In this document: piece by piece, positions 50,825 through 60,300 of the stretch
How positions within the stretch are numbered: position 1 is the first letter of the stretch
Layout of the letters: every line of letters begins with the position of its first letter
Assembly: GCA_965209055.1 (NCBI GenBank)
Contig: OZ242374.1
Location: 992,001-1,056,000 of the forward strand
From: Acidobacteriota bacterium
GTDB lineage: Bacteria > Acidobacteriota > UBA6911 > RPQK01 > JAJDTT01
Length of the DNA: 64,000 nucleotides
Direction of reading: 5' to 3'
The notes under the pieces: model-generated
Databases searched by the model: none
What the model saw: only the letters and a program-made list of their open reading frames with translations
Told to the model about the DNA's origin: nothing
Translations under genes and position numbers: made by a program

Positions 50825-51535
50825 ATGAGGCACACTCTGGAAATGGATCGAGTCAAGAATCTGGTGGTAGCCGAGGACCTCCAGATGGTCTTTCGCATCG
50901 GAAAGATGGAGGTCCCCGCTCTCCGCGGCATCAACCTGAAGGTCCGGACCGGCGAGTTCCTGGCCATCATGGGACCCAGCGGTTGCGGCAAATCCACACT
51001 GCTCCACCTCCTGGGCGGACTCCTGACCCCCTCTTCAGGCCGGATCTGGATCGACGGAGTGGAGATGAGCCTGGTCAGCGATGCGGAAAGGACCGAGATC
51101 CGCAAGATGAAGATCGGATTCGTCTTTCAGCGGTTCAATCTCCTGCCGACCCTGACGGCCCGGCACAACATCGAGCTGGCGTGCCGCATTCATGGCAACG
51201 GCCATCAGAATGAGGCCCGGACCCGAGAAATCTTTAAACTGTTGGGATTGGAGGGCAAGATGGATCACAAGCCCTCCGAGCTCTCAGGGGGCGAACAACA
51301 ACGGATCTCCGTTGCCCGCGCCGTCATCAATCGACCCGCCTTGCTCCTGGCGGATGAGCCCACTGGAAACCTGGATTCCCAGAACTCCGACAACGTGCTC
51401 TCCATCCTGAAAGAGCTGAATCAGCGTTATAACCAGACCATCCTGATGATCACCCACAATCCGGATGCCGCCGCGGCCGCCAGCCGCGTCATCCGGATGA
51501 TGGACGGCCGGCTTGTGAGCTCGGATTCCGAGTAG
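50825..51535 (+). CDS. ABC ATPase, LolD/MacB family (no adjacent permease)
   Basis: [34 protein letters not shown] and ITH motifs. Confidence 0.9.
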   Translation: MRHTLEMDRVKNLVVAEDLQMVFRIGKMEVPALRGINLKVRTGEFLAIMGPSGCGKSTLLHLLGGLLTPSSGRIWIDGVEMSLVSDAERTEIRKMKIGFVFQRFNLLPTLTARHNIELACRIHGNGHQNEARTREIFKLLGLEGKMDHKPSELSGGEQQRISVARAVINRPALLLADEPTGNLDSQNSDNVLSILKELNQRYNQTILMITHNPDAAAAASRVIRMMDGRLVSSDSE

Positions 51536-51575
51536 ACTCCGCCGCCGTCGGCTGACCCGGAAGCTCCCCCAAAGT

Positions 51576-51660
51576 AAAGGAGCGGCGATTTCCAATCGCC
51601 GAACTCCATTGTGACAAACCTGGCGACGAAGACTGGGCGATTCGAAATCGCCCCTCCTTT
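51576..51660. repeat. REPIN-like inverted pair of REP hairpins
   Basis: AAA-GGAGCGGCGATTTCCAATCGCCG (51579-51601) ... GGGCGATTCGAAATCGCCCCTCC-TTT (51635-51657). Confidence 0.75.
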
Positions 51661-51663
51661 GTC

Positions 51664-52413
51664 TCAGAACTGAATGACGTTGACGTCGGAAGGCAGCTCC
51701 AGCTCGAACCTGGAAGCCGGCAGATCCAGGTTCAAACGGACGTCTTCGAACCGGATCAGCAGGTAGTCGCGCGTGGGCTCCACCAGCTTCTGCTGAATGG
51801 GGACCCAGAGCCGGCCGTCGACCCAGAGCACGATACGGGAGAAAAAGGCGGAGACCTTGCCGGACCGGGGAGTCAGTTCGAGCGCGTAGGTCTCCCGGCC
51901 GCCGACCATCTCCGGACCCAGCCATCGTATGGAATAGGCATCGCGGAGAGCCTGCTTCTTGGAGGTGAAGCCCAGCAGCAGGAACTCCGCCCGATCCTTT
52001 CTCGCCCCCAGATCGTACCGGTTGGCCTGCTTGAGAAGCGGCTGATAGAAGATCCCTTTCCCGTCATTGATCAAGAGCGTGCTCACGCCCGGCTCCGTGA
52101 TGTCTCTGCGCAGACGGATCGCCTCTTTCTCCCTGAGGAAATGAAATTCGCCCCGCTCTTCCTCGTCGAACTCCTCCAGGATGTCGGTCCATTTCTTCTG
52201 GATGATCCTCGCGCTCATGGATTGGAGATTTCCGCCTCTCCGGTCCATCTTCTCCAGAACCGACTCCAGACCGGGCGCTGCCGGAACCGTCTCCATGGCC
52301 CCCGACGGAAGATCCGTGAAGAATCCCAGAAGCAGAAAGAGGAGGGAGATCCGCGCTGAATCCATTCGTTTCAAGGGGGTGAGATCTCCTGCCTGGAGGA
52401 CGGCAGGACCCAT
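51664..52413 (-). CDS. LolA-family periplasmic lipoprotein carrier
   Basis: Signal peptide (probable start MDSAR..), DGK..YQP, LELTP and F...RLN..LP..RF...P motifs. Confidence 0.75.
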   Translation of the reverse strand: MGPAVLQAGDLTPLKRMDSARISLLFLLLGFFTDLPSGAMETVPAAPGLESVLEKMDRRGGNLQSMSARIIQKKWTDILEEFDEEERGEFHFLREKEAIRLRRDITEPGVSTLLINDGKGIFYQPLLKQANRYDLGARKDRAEFLLLGFTSKKQALRDAYSIRWLGPEMVGGRETYALELTPRSGKVSAFFSRIVLWVDGRLWVPIQQKLVEPTRDYLLIRFEDVRLNLDLPASRFELELPSDVNVIQF

Positions 52414-53216
52414 TTGTTGAAGGTCTGGACCTGAGATTTCTTCGGATCCGGTACGATCTCCTGCTGATTTTCAGGCTCCTGCCTCTTGGAAAAGAGGGAA
52501 CCGTCGAAGACCGAGCCCGGAGTGAGAAAAATAAAGCCCAGGATCATCACGCAGACCACGTCGTAGCGCCAGGTTCCCCGGACGTACCGCATCGAGCCCG
52601 CAGGCTGCCGGCCCGCGCGCCCCTGACCCGGCTTCGGCTCGGACGGCCTCATCTGGGAGCGGGTGTGGAGAATCCGGTGAATCACCGTCCAGTTTCCGAT
52701 GACGGCGATGGCCCAGAGGACGGGTTCCATGAAATAGAAGGAGCCGATGATGAGCAGAACCAGGCGTTCGGGCCGTTCCAGGAATCCGACCTTGCAACTG
52801 GGGATCAGGCATTCGGCCCGGGCCCTGGTGTAGCTGATCAGTACCGACCCCATCATGGCCACGCTCACCAGGACGACGTAGGTGGACCGGTCCTGCTGGC
52901 CGTAATAAATGATGAGGCCCAGGTAGATGATCAAATCCGAGTAGCGGTCCATCACCGAATCGAAGAAGGCCCCGAATGGAGTCGCGGTGTTGGCGGTCCG
53001 GGCCACCATCCCGTCCACCATGTCGAACAGGCCGGCGAGGATCAGTACCAGGCCGGCGGTAACGAAGTGGCCACTCGCAAAAACGAACGCCGCCCAGATG
53101 CTGGTGATGAACCCCAGAAAGGTGAGGTGATTGGGCTTGACGTGCAATGCCATCAAACACCGCACGATTCCCCTCAGGATGACCTGGGCTCCGTGGCCGA
53201 TGGTTTGCGAAATCAT
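52371..53216 (-). CDS. CDP-alcohol phosphatidyltransferase with C-terminal extension
   Basis: PNHLT, DMVDGMVAR..GAFFDSVMDR, SYTRARAE and ERPERL motifs. Confidence 0.9.
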   Translation of the reverse strand: MISQTIGHGAQVILRGIVRCLMALHVKPNHLTFLGFITSIWAAFVFASGHFVTAGLVLILAGLFDMVDGMVARTANTATPFGAFFDSVMDRYSDLIIYLGLIIYYGQQDRSTYVVLVSVAMMGSVLISYTRARAECLIPSCKVGFLERPERLVLLIIGSFYFMEPVLWAIAVIGNWTVIHRILHTRSQMRPSEPKPGQGRAGRQPAGSMRYVRGTWRYDVVCVMILGFIFLTPGSVFDGSLFSKRQEPENQQEIVPDPKKSQVQTFNKWVLPSSRQEISPP

Positions 53217-53232
53217 GGATTCTCTCCCCGAC

Positions 53233-54537
53233 TCAGAACAGCTTGAATCGGATGGTCAGGAACTTCTTGGGATCCTGCCGGAAGTCATGGATCAACTTCA
53301 CCATTTCCGAAGTCAGATGATTCAGATTCTCGTAAAGCGCCTCGTCCTTCGCCAACCGTCCCAGGGTTCCCTCACCGTCCTGAATGGCCTCCAGGAACAC
53401 CGCCATCTGGTCCATGGTTCGGCGCAGGTCCACATAGAGTTGATCATCCCTTGACAGTTTGCCCAGAGTGCCCTCTCCCGCTTCCATGCGCTGGGTAATG
53501 GATTTGAGACTCGCCGTCGTCTGTTCGATGCTGTCGTAGAGCGAGGGGTCCTTCGAGAGCTTGCCCAGAGTGCCCTCCCCCTGCTCGACTCGCCTGACGA
53601 TTTCATCCATCCGGGCGGAAATGCCCCGGATGCTCTGGTAGATGTCATCCTCACGAATCAGGCTGGGAACGGTTCCCGGCCCTTCGATGAGACGCTCAGT
53701 GAGTATGGCCACCCTTTCGCTGGTCTGCTGGAACAAGGCCATGATCCTGTTGATGTTGTTGAAGAATTCGGGATTGGTCAGAAACTGGCCGACGGTACCC
53801 TCTCCTCTTCCCAATCCCCCCATGATTTCTTCCAACCGTCCTGACAGGGCCTCCACGTTGACCAGCACGTCGTTGGCTCCGAGGATCAGTTCCCTGAAAC
53901 CGGGCTCGGTGGAACCGGTGATCACCACGACCTCGTCGGTCTCCACGCCGAACCAGGTCTCGAATTCCTCTTCGACCACCAGCGGGGGCTCATCGGACCG
54001 CCCCAGCGACACCTCCACGTACTTGTCGCCAAGCAGCCCGATGGACCCCAGCGAGATGTTGCTGTCGCGCTGGACCCAGACCCGGTATTCCTGCTTGATG
54101 TCCAGGTAGACCTCCACGTTCTGGAGCCGCCACCGGACCCTGTCGATCCCGGACTGGAGCTGCTTGAGACGCTCATCGTCGGGAGGCTGCTTGCGCCGCT
54201 CTTCCTCCGCCAGTCTTTCCAGTTCGTCGATCTCCGCCAAGGTGAGCCGGTTCGTCTCGGTCGGGGGCATCTCGCCCGGCTTGGAGATCTTGATCCGCGA
54301 GACGTTGCCCGCTTCGACGCCGCCGATGAGGACGATGTCCGACGGTTTCAGCCCCGCAGTGTCGTTGAGGTAGGTCTTGGCTCGAAACGTCTCCTCCAAA
54401 AGGCCGACCCGGGTGCCGATGTTGAAGACGGCCAGACCCAGAATCGCCATGGTGACGACGGCGAAAAGCCCGACTTTGAGTTCGGCGAGACGGGTCGGTC
54501 TGCCTCTGTCTCTACCTCTACGCATGCTGATCACCAC
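53233..54537 (-). CDS. MlaD/MCE family protein with a long helical region
   Basis: ELKVGLF TM, GLKP...GV..G.V, GLLGDKYV and repeated GEGTLGKL. Confidence 0.88.
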   Translation of the reverse strand: MVISMRRGRDRGRPTRLAELKVGLFAVVTMAILGLAVFNIGTRVGLLEETFRAKTYLNDTAGLKPSDIVLIGGVEAGNVSRIKISKPGEMPPTETNRLTLAEIDELERLAEEERRKQPPDDERLKQLQSGIDRVRWRLQNVEVYLDIKQEYRVWVQRDSNISLGSIGLLGDKYVEVSLGRSDEPPLVVEEEFETWFGVETDEVVVITGSTEPGFRELILGANDVLVNVEALSGRLEEIMGGLGRGEGTVGQFLTNPEFFNNINRIMALFQQTSERVAILTERLIEGPGTVPSLIREDDIYQSIRGISARMDEIVRRVEQGEGTLGKLSKDPSLYDSIEQTTASLKSITQRMEAGEGTLGKLSRDDQLYVDLRRTMDQMAVFLEAIQDGEGTLGRLAKDEALYENLNHLTSEMVKLIHDFRQDPKKFLTIRFKLF

Positions 54538-54590
54538 GGCTCCTCAAACCCCAACACACCTGGACTTCACGGTGGAAGTCCAGGGGAGCA

Positions 54591-55379
54591 TCAGGCCAGG
54601 AACTCACGGACGTACTCGTCGCCCCCCTCCCGGGAGGGGTCTCCCCCCTCATAGTGGATTCGTCCATCCTTGATCATGACGAATCGAGTGTTCCGCAATG
54701 TCGTCTCCGGGTCCACCGGCTTGAAGTCGACGGTACCATCCGGCGCCTTCGTGGACACTTCCCCCGAAAGGGCGCGAACCGCCTGCAGGTCGTTGGTGAC
54801 CAAAATCCCGGTTACGCCCTCCAGGTCCCGCAATCTCATGATGAGCTCGCAGGTGATTCTGCTGGTGATGGGATCGAGCCCTGCCGTCGGCTCATCGTAG
54901 AGCATGATCCTCGGGCTGCCCATCAAGGCCCGGGCGATGGCCACGCGCCTCTTCATTCCCCCCGACAGCTCGGTGGGCATCTTGTCGATGGCGTTCTGCA
55001 ATCCCACGAATCCCAGGAGCCGGTACACCCAGTCGTCGATCTGATCCATGGTATACCCGTCGGACTCAAGGACCCGGTAGGCCACATTCTCCCAGACCGT
55101 CAGGGAGTCGAAGAGAGCTCCCTCCTGGAATACGATGCCGATTTTCCGGCGAATCGGCATCAAGTCATCCTCGCGAAGCCGCGTGATCTCCTCGCCGTCC
55201 ACGAACACGGACCCGGAATCGGGGCTGACCAGGCCCACCACCATTTTGAGGATGGTCGATTTCCCCGACCCCGATCCTCCCAGCAGGACCATGGTTTCGC
55301 CCCGGCGCACCTCCATGTCGAAATCTTCGAGCACCGTATGATCCTCGTATTTCTTGGTGACGTTCTCGAAGCGGATCAC
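54591..55379 (-). CDS. MlaF/Mkl family ABC ATPase
   Basis: GGSGSGKS, FQEGALFDS, LSGGMKRR and YDEPTAGLDP. GTG start at 55379. Confidence 0.88.
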   Translation of the reverse strand: MIRFENVTKKYEDHTVLEDFDMEVRRGETMVLLGGSGSGKSTILKMVVGLVSPDSGSVFVDGEEITRLREDDLMPIRRKIGIVFQEGALFDSLTVWENVAYRVLESDGYTMDQIDDWVYRLLGFVGLQNAIDKMPTELSGGMKRRVAIARALMGSPRIMLYDEPTAGLDPITSRITCELIMRLRDLEGVTGILVTNDLQAVRALSGEVSTKAPDGTVDFKPVDPETTLRNTRFVMIKDGRIHYEGGDPSREGGDEYVREFLA

Positions 55380-55381
55380 AC

Positions 55382-56146
55382 TCAATGCCACAACTCCAGA
55401 ATGAGCTTGCCCAGGAAAAAATCGGCCACGATGACCAGGATGGAGGCCGTCACGACAGCCTGCGTCGTATTGCGTCCGACGCCCCTGGTTCCGCCCCGGG
55501 TTCCCAAGCCGTAGTAGCAACCCACGGAGCCGACGATGAAGCCGAACACGACCGGTTTCATCAGACCCTCCAGCACGACATTGTAGTCGATGGCTCTAAA
55601 GGCCGTATTCCAATAGAGGGCCGTATTCAAGCGGAGATTGTAGAACGACACGATCCACCCGCCGACCAACCCGAATACGTCCGCGATCACGGTCAAGAGG
55701 GGCACCATGGTGGTGCAGGCGATGACACGTGGAGTCACCAGCTTTTTCACAGGATCCGTTCCGAGGGCCCGCATGGCGCTGATCTGCTCCGTCACCACCA
55801 TGGATCCCAATTCCGATGCGATGCCTGAACCGGCCCGGCCGGCCAACATCAATGCCGTCAACACGGGACCCATTTCCCGGATCAACGACAGGGAGATCAG
55901 TTGCCCCATGAGATTCACGGCGCCGAACGCCTTCAGAGATTTCGAAGTCTGCAGGGCCAGGACGCCGCCGGTGAAAAAGCCGACCAGGACCACGATCAGG
56001 ACCGACCGGACCCCGATCGTCTCCATCTGCTGGAACGTATCCTGGATGTAGCGTGGACGGCGGAAGATGTTGGTGACGCTTCGGATCGTAAGGGTGACGT
56101 ACTCCTCAACCTCGTACAGGATCTTGTAGAGGAAATCCATGGTCAT
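55382..56146 (-). CDS. MlaE family ABC permease
   Basis: REMGPVL, GRAGS..ELGSM..TEQ..A and GVGR.TT..VV motifs. Confidence 0.92.
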   Translation of the reverse strand: MTMDFLYKILYEVEEYVTLTIRSVTNIFRRPRYIQDTFQQMETIGVRSVLIVVLVGFFTGGVLALQTSKSLKAFGAVNLMGQLISLSLIREMGPVLTALMLAGRAGSGIASELGSMVVTEQISAMRALGTDPVKKLVTPRVIACTTMVPLLTVIADVFGLVGGWIVSFYNLRLNTALYWNTAFRAIDYNVVLEGLMKPVVFGFIVGSVGCYYGLGTRGGTRGVGRNTTQAVVTASILVIVADFFLGKLILELWH

Positions 56147-56333
56147 CCTCGGCCCCGGCCGCTCCCGCCGGCGGTTTGCGGATAAATGTTAGACTATGAG
56201 GCCTCCGCAGTGCGGAGACCGCTGCCATCAGGGGCAGCCGGAAGCGGGCCGAAAAAGCCCGGAGAGTCTACCAGAGAGGGCGTTCCGCTTCCAAGCAACG
56301 TCTTTAGTAACAGCAGGTTCCGGATAACACATC

Positions 56334-57503
56334 ATGTTGCGATTTCTGACTTCCGGCGAGTCTCACGGCAAGGGTCTCATCTCCAACATAGAGGGTTTTC
56401 CGGCCCAGGTTCCCGTCGACGTGGATTTCATCAACGCCGATCTGCGGCGGCGCATGAGTGGATACGGGCGGGGCCTCCGCATGAAGATAGAGAGCGACCA
56501 GGTGGACATTTTCGCGGGTGTCCGCAACGGCGAGACGCTGGGGTCGCCCATCGCCTTCATCATCCACAACCGGGACTGGGTCAATTGGACCGAGGTCATG
56601 AGCGTGGAACCCAATCCCGAGGGCGTCCGCAAGCGGCAGGTCACGCGGCCGCGTCCGGGACACGCCGATCTCGTGGGGGCCTTGAAATACCAGTTCAGGG
56701 ACATGCGCAACGTCCTGGAACGTTCCAGCGCGCGCGAAACCGCCTCCCGGGTGGCGGTCGGGGCCTTCTGCAAGCTGCTGCTCCGTGAACTGGGCATCCA
56801 GGTTTACAGCCACGTCATTTCGATTCGGAACGTTCGGATCTCGGACGAACTTCTGGACTCGGTGTCCATCGATCTGATCCCCCAGATCGAGTCCTCGGAC
56901 CTGCGCTGCTGCGACCCGGATCTGGACGATGCCATGAAGGCGGCCGTGGACGACGCCATCGACCGGGGAGACACCTTGGGCGGAACCTTCGAAGTCCGCG
57001 CCGCCGGAGTTCCTCCGGGCCTGGGCAGCCATGTCCACTGGGACCGGAAACTGGACGGACGGCTCGCCCAGGCCCTCATGTCCATCAACGCCATCAAGGC
57101 CGTGGAAACCGGCAGCGGCTTGGAAAAGGCTCCCATGGGCAGCGAATTCCACGACGAGATCTTCTACGACGATGAGAAAAGGGAGTTCTACAGGAAGACC
57201 AACCGGGCCGGCGGCATCGAGGGTGGGACTTCCAACGGCCAGGAGATCATCGTTCGGGCCGTGGTCAAACCCATCGCCACCCTGAAGCGGCCGCTGATGT
57301 CGGTGAACCTGGAGACCAAGGAAGCCTTCAAGGCCCAGTACGAGCGGTCGGACACCTGCGTCGTTCCCGCAGCCGGAGTCATCGGCGAAGCCATGGTGGC
57401 CATCGTGCTGGTCCAGGCGATTCAGGAGAAGTTCGGCGGAGACAACCTGTCCGAACTCAAGAACAACCTGGAGAGCTTCCGTGAGCGGGTGCGGGCCATG
57501 TGA
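56334..57503 (+). CDS. aroC: Chorismate synthase
   Basis: GESHG, RPGHAD, RSSARET, GGIEGG and ERSD motifs. Confidence 0.97.
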   Translation: MLRFLTSGESHGKGLISNIEGFPAQVPVDVDFINADLRRRMSGYGRGLRMKIESDQVDIFAGVRNGETLGSPIAFIIHNRDWVNWTEVMSVEPNPEGVRKRQVTRPRPGHADLVGALKYQFRDMRNVLERSSARETASRVAVGAFCKLLLRELGIQVYSHVISIRNVRISDELLDSVSIDLIPQIESSDLRCCDPDLDDAMKAAVDDAIDRGDTLGGTFEVRAAGVPPGLGSHVHWDRKLDGRLAQALMSINAIKAVETGSGLEKAPMGSEFHDEIFYDDEKREFYRKTNRAGGIEGGTSNGQEIIVRAVVKPIATLKRPLMSVNLETKEAFKAQYERSDTCVVPAAGVIGEAMVAIVLVQAIQEKFGGDNLSELKNNLESFRERVRAM

Positions 57504-57524
57504 CCCGCGTTCCTGGAACTCGGA

Positions 57525-58034
57525 ATGATCAGACCCATCCTCAAGTTCGGGGCTCCCGAACTTCAGCGCGAGAGTGAACCGGTCGAGACCTTCGACGGGA
57601 AACTGCGGGATCTGGCCCGGGACTTGCTGGAGACCATGTACGCCGCCCCCGGAATCGGCTTGGCGGCCCCGCAGGTGGGGGTCAACCTCCGGCTCCTGGT
57701 CGTGGATATCAGCGCCGGGGAAGAGAAAGGGAACCAGATCGTTCTGGTCAATCCGGAGATCCTCGAGACTGAGGGGGAGCAGAAGGGGGAGGAGGGGTGC
57801 CTCAGCATCCCCGGATTCACCGCCATGGTGGACCGGCCGCAGCGGATTCGAATCGCCGGGCAGGACACCCGGGGCCGTCGGGTCGAAGTGGAGGCCCAGG
57901 ATCTTCTGGCCCGGGCCCTATGCCATGAGGTAGACCACCTGGACGGCGTTCTCTATCTGGACCGGATTTCATTCTTCAAACGAGACCTGATCAAGCGCAA
58001 GATCCGGAAGCTGACCCGCTCCGGGGACTGGTGA
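57525..58034 (+). CDS. def: Peptide deformylase
   Basis: GIGLAAPQ, EGCLS and HEVDH motifs. Confidence 0.97.
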   Translation: MIRPILKFGAPELQRESEPVETFDGKLRDLARDLLETMYAAPGIGLAAPQVGVNLRLLVVDISAGEEKGNQIVLVNPEILETEGEQKGEEGCLSIPGFTAMVDRPQRIRIAGQDTRGRRVEVEAQDLLARALCHEVDHLDGVLYLDRISFFKRDLIKRKIRKLTRSGDW

Positions 58035-58993
58035 TGCGGGTCCTGTTTCTGGGCACGCCCGATTTCGCACGGACGTTTCTCGAGGCATTGGCTCAGAATC
58101 AAACCCGCCTCGGCCTGCAGTTGGCCGGCGTCGTCACTCAGCCGGACCGAAAAAGCGGCCGGGGACGCAAGCTGTCGCCGCCGCCCGTCAAGGTCGCCGC
58201 CCTTCAGTTCGGCCTGCCGATCTTCCAGTGCGCCAGAATCCGTGGAGACGCCGAGGCCCTGGAATTCCTCCGGCAAGCTCGGCCCGACGTCATGGTGATC
58301 GTCGCCTTCGGACAGATTCTTCCCCGCGAGTTCTTCGCCCGGCCCCGTTTCGGCAGCCTCAATGTCCACACCTCCCTCCTGCCCCGATACCGCGGCGCCG
58401 CCCCCGTCGTCCACGCCATCCTGAACGGAGAGAAGGAGACCGGGGTGACCATCATGAAGTTGGACGAGGGCATGGATACCGGTGACGTGCTGGCTCAATC
58501 CACGACCCCCATCGGACCCGACGTCACATCGGGGGATCTGGAACGGCAACTCTCACGGCAGGGTGTCGAACTCCTGCTCGGGACCCTGCCCTCCTACCTC
58601 TCGGGCGAGCTCCAGGCGCGCCCCCAGGACCATGAGCAAGCGACTCTCGCCCCTCTCATCCGGAAAGACGACGCGCGGATCGACTGGACCCAGCCGGCAT
58701 GCCGGATCCATGACCAGATCCGCGCCTTCAATCCCCGGCCCGGCGCCTTCACCTGTTTTCGCGGGGAGCGCCTGAAGATCTGGCGAAGCCGCAATCCACA
58801 CGCCTCCGCCTTCCCGGTCCCGGTCGGCCGGATTCGCGCCACCGGCAAGGGCTCCATTCTGGTGGGATGCGGACAAGGCACCTCGCTGGAACTCGTGGAA
58901 CTCCAGTTGGCCAACCGCGGGCGCGTGCGGGCCCGGGACTTCGCCAACGGGATGAAACTGAGGTCGGGAGAACGCCTGGGAGTTGGCGGGTGA
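58031..58993 (+). CDS. fmt: Methionyl-tRNA formyltransferase
   Basis: GTPDFA, TQPDR..GRG, NVH.SLLPRYRGAAP and DTGD motifs. Confidence 0.96.
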   Translation: MMRVLFLGTPDFARTFLEALAQNQTRLGLQLAGVVTQPDRKSGRGRKLSPPPVKVAALQFGLPIFQCARIRGDAEALEFLRQARPDVMVIVAFGQILPREFFARPRFGSLNVHTSLLPRYRGAAPVVHAILNGEKETGVTIMKLDEGMDTGDVLAQSTTPIGPDVTSGDLERQLSRQGVELLLGTLPSYLSGELQARPQDHEQATLAPLIRKDDARIDWTQPACRIHDQIRAFNPRPGAFTCFRGERLKIWRSRNPHASAFPVPVGRIRATGKGSILVGCGQGTSLELVELQLANRGRVRARDFANGMKLRSGERLGVGG

Positions 58994-60300
58994 AGCCCAC
59001 GGCCAGGTCGGTGGCCCTGCGGGTGCTCCTGGGCAGTGGCGGCGGCCGCCGGGTCTCCCTGGAAACCCATTTCGAATCCTCCGATTTCGGTGTTCTGCCG
59101 GACCGCGATCGGCGGCTGGCGACGGAGCTGGTCTACGGCGTCCTGCGAAACCGCTCCCTCCTGGACCATCAACTGGATGGTTTGCTGGAGCGTTCCCGCG
59201 CCGGCCTGGATCCGGAAGTGCTCCAGGTATTGCGTGTGGGACTGTTTCAACTCAACCATCTGAGGATCCCGGAGCGGGCGGCGGTCCATGAGTCGGTCCG
59301 GCTCTGCCGGGAATTCCGCAAGGCCTCCGCCGCGCCTCTGGTCAACGCCGTCCTCCGCCGTTTTCTGCGCGACCGGCCCGCCGCTCCAAATTCCGGCGAC
59401 ACCCGGAGTCTGTCCATCCGCTACAGCCACCCCGAATGGCTTGTCCGCCGATACCTCTCAAGATACGGGTCCGAGGGCGCGCGGACGATTCTGGAGCGAA
59501 ACAACCGCCCGCCGGCGCTGCATCTTTGGGTCAATCCATTCCGGACGACGCGGACGAGCTTCTGCCGGCGGCTGGACCGGGAAGGCGTCCCTTTTCAACC
59601 TCATCCCCGCCTTCCCCATTGCGTCCGGGTGAAATCCAGGTCATTCGTCCGGCATCCCCTCTATCGCCGGGGCCACTGCTTCCTGATGAGTCCGGCCAGT
59701 CAGGAGGTCGCTCAACTCGGCGACCTCAGCGGGTGCCGGACACTGGGCGATTTCTGCGCAGCTCCCGGGGGAAAGTCCTTCATTCTTCAGGCCCGCAAGA
59801 GATCCCGCGCCCGCCTGATCTCCTGCGACCTCAGCTGGTCCCGCCTGCGTCAGATGAAGGCCAAGGCCGGACTCTACCGGATCCCACAGCTTGGGGCCGT
59901 TCAGGCCGATCTGGTCCATCCCCCGTTCCGGAGCCATTTCGACTTCATCCTGCTGGACGTCCCCTGCACCGGGACCGCCACCCTGAGGGCCAATCCGGAC
60001 ATTCGGTGGCGGCTGGCCGAGGAAGACGTCCGACGATTGTCCCGGATTCAGCGCGCCCTCTTGCGGAGCAGTTTTCGAATGCTGCGCCCCGGAGGGCAGT
60101 TGGTCTACGCCACCTGTTCCACCGAGCCGGAGGAGAACCTTGAGGTGGTGGAGACTCTGCTCAACTCGGAACCGGAGGCCAAATTGGTGCGGCAGCCGGA
60201 GGAGGACTTCCTGAAGCGCGAGGCCTTCTTCGCCGCGTGGCTGGTGCGGACAGGAGGGGGGACTGTCAGTCTCCCCGTGACTCGCGGAATCGGGGGTTGA
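58990..60300 (+). CDS. rsmB: 16S rRNA m5C967 methyltransferase RsmB/Sun
   Basis: NusB-like N-terminus, SHPEWL, DFCAAPGGK, DVPC and YATCS. GTG overlaps the fmt stop. Confidence 0.9.
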   Translation: MKPTARSVALRVLLGSGGGRRVSLETHFESSDFGVLPDRDRRLATELVYGVLRNRSLLDHQLDGLLERSRAGLDPEVLQVLRVGLFQLNHLRIPERAAVHESVRLCREFRKASAAPLVNAVLRRFLRDRPAAPNSGDTRSLSIRYSHPEWLVRRYLSRYGSEGARTILERNNRPPALHLWVNPFRTTRTSFCRRLDREGVPFQPHPRLPHCVRVKSRSFVRHPLYRRGHCFLMSPASQEVAQLGDLSGCRTLGDFCAAPGGKSFILQARKRSRARLISCDLSWSRLRQMKAKAGLYRIPQLGAVQADLVHPPFRSHFDFILLDVPCTGTATLRANPDIRWRLAEEDVRRLSRIQRALLRSSFRMLRPGGQLVYATCSTEPEENLEVVETLLNSEPEAKLVRQPEEDFLKREAFFAAWLVRTGGGTVSLPVTRGIGG

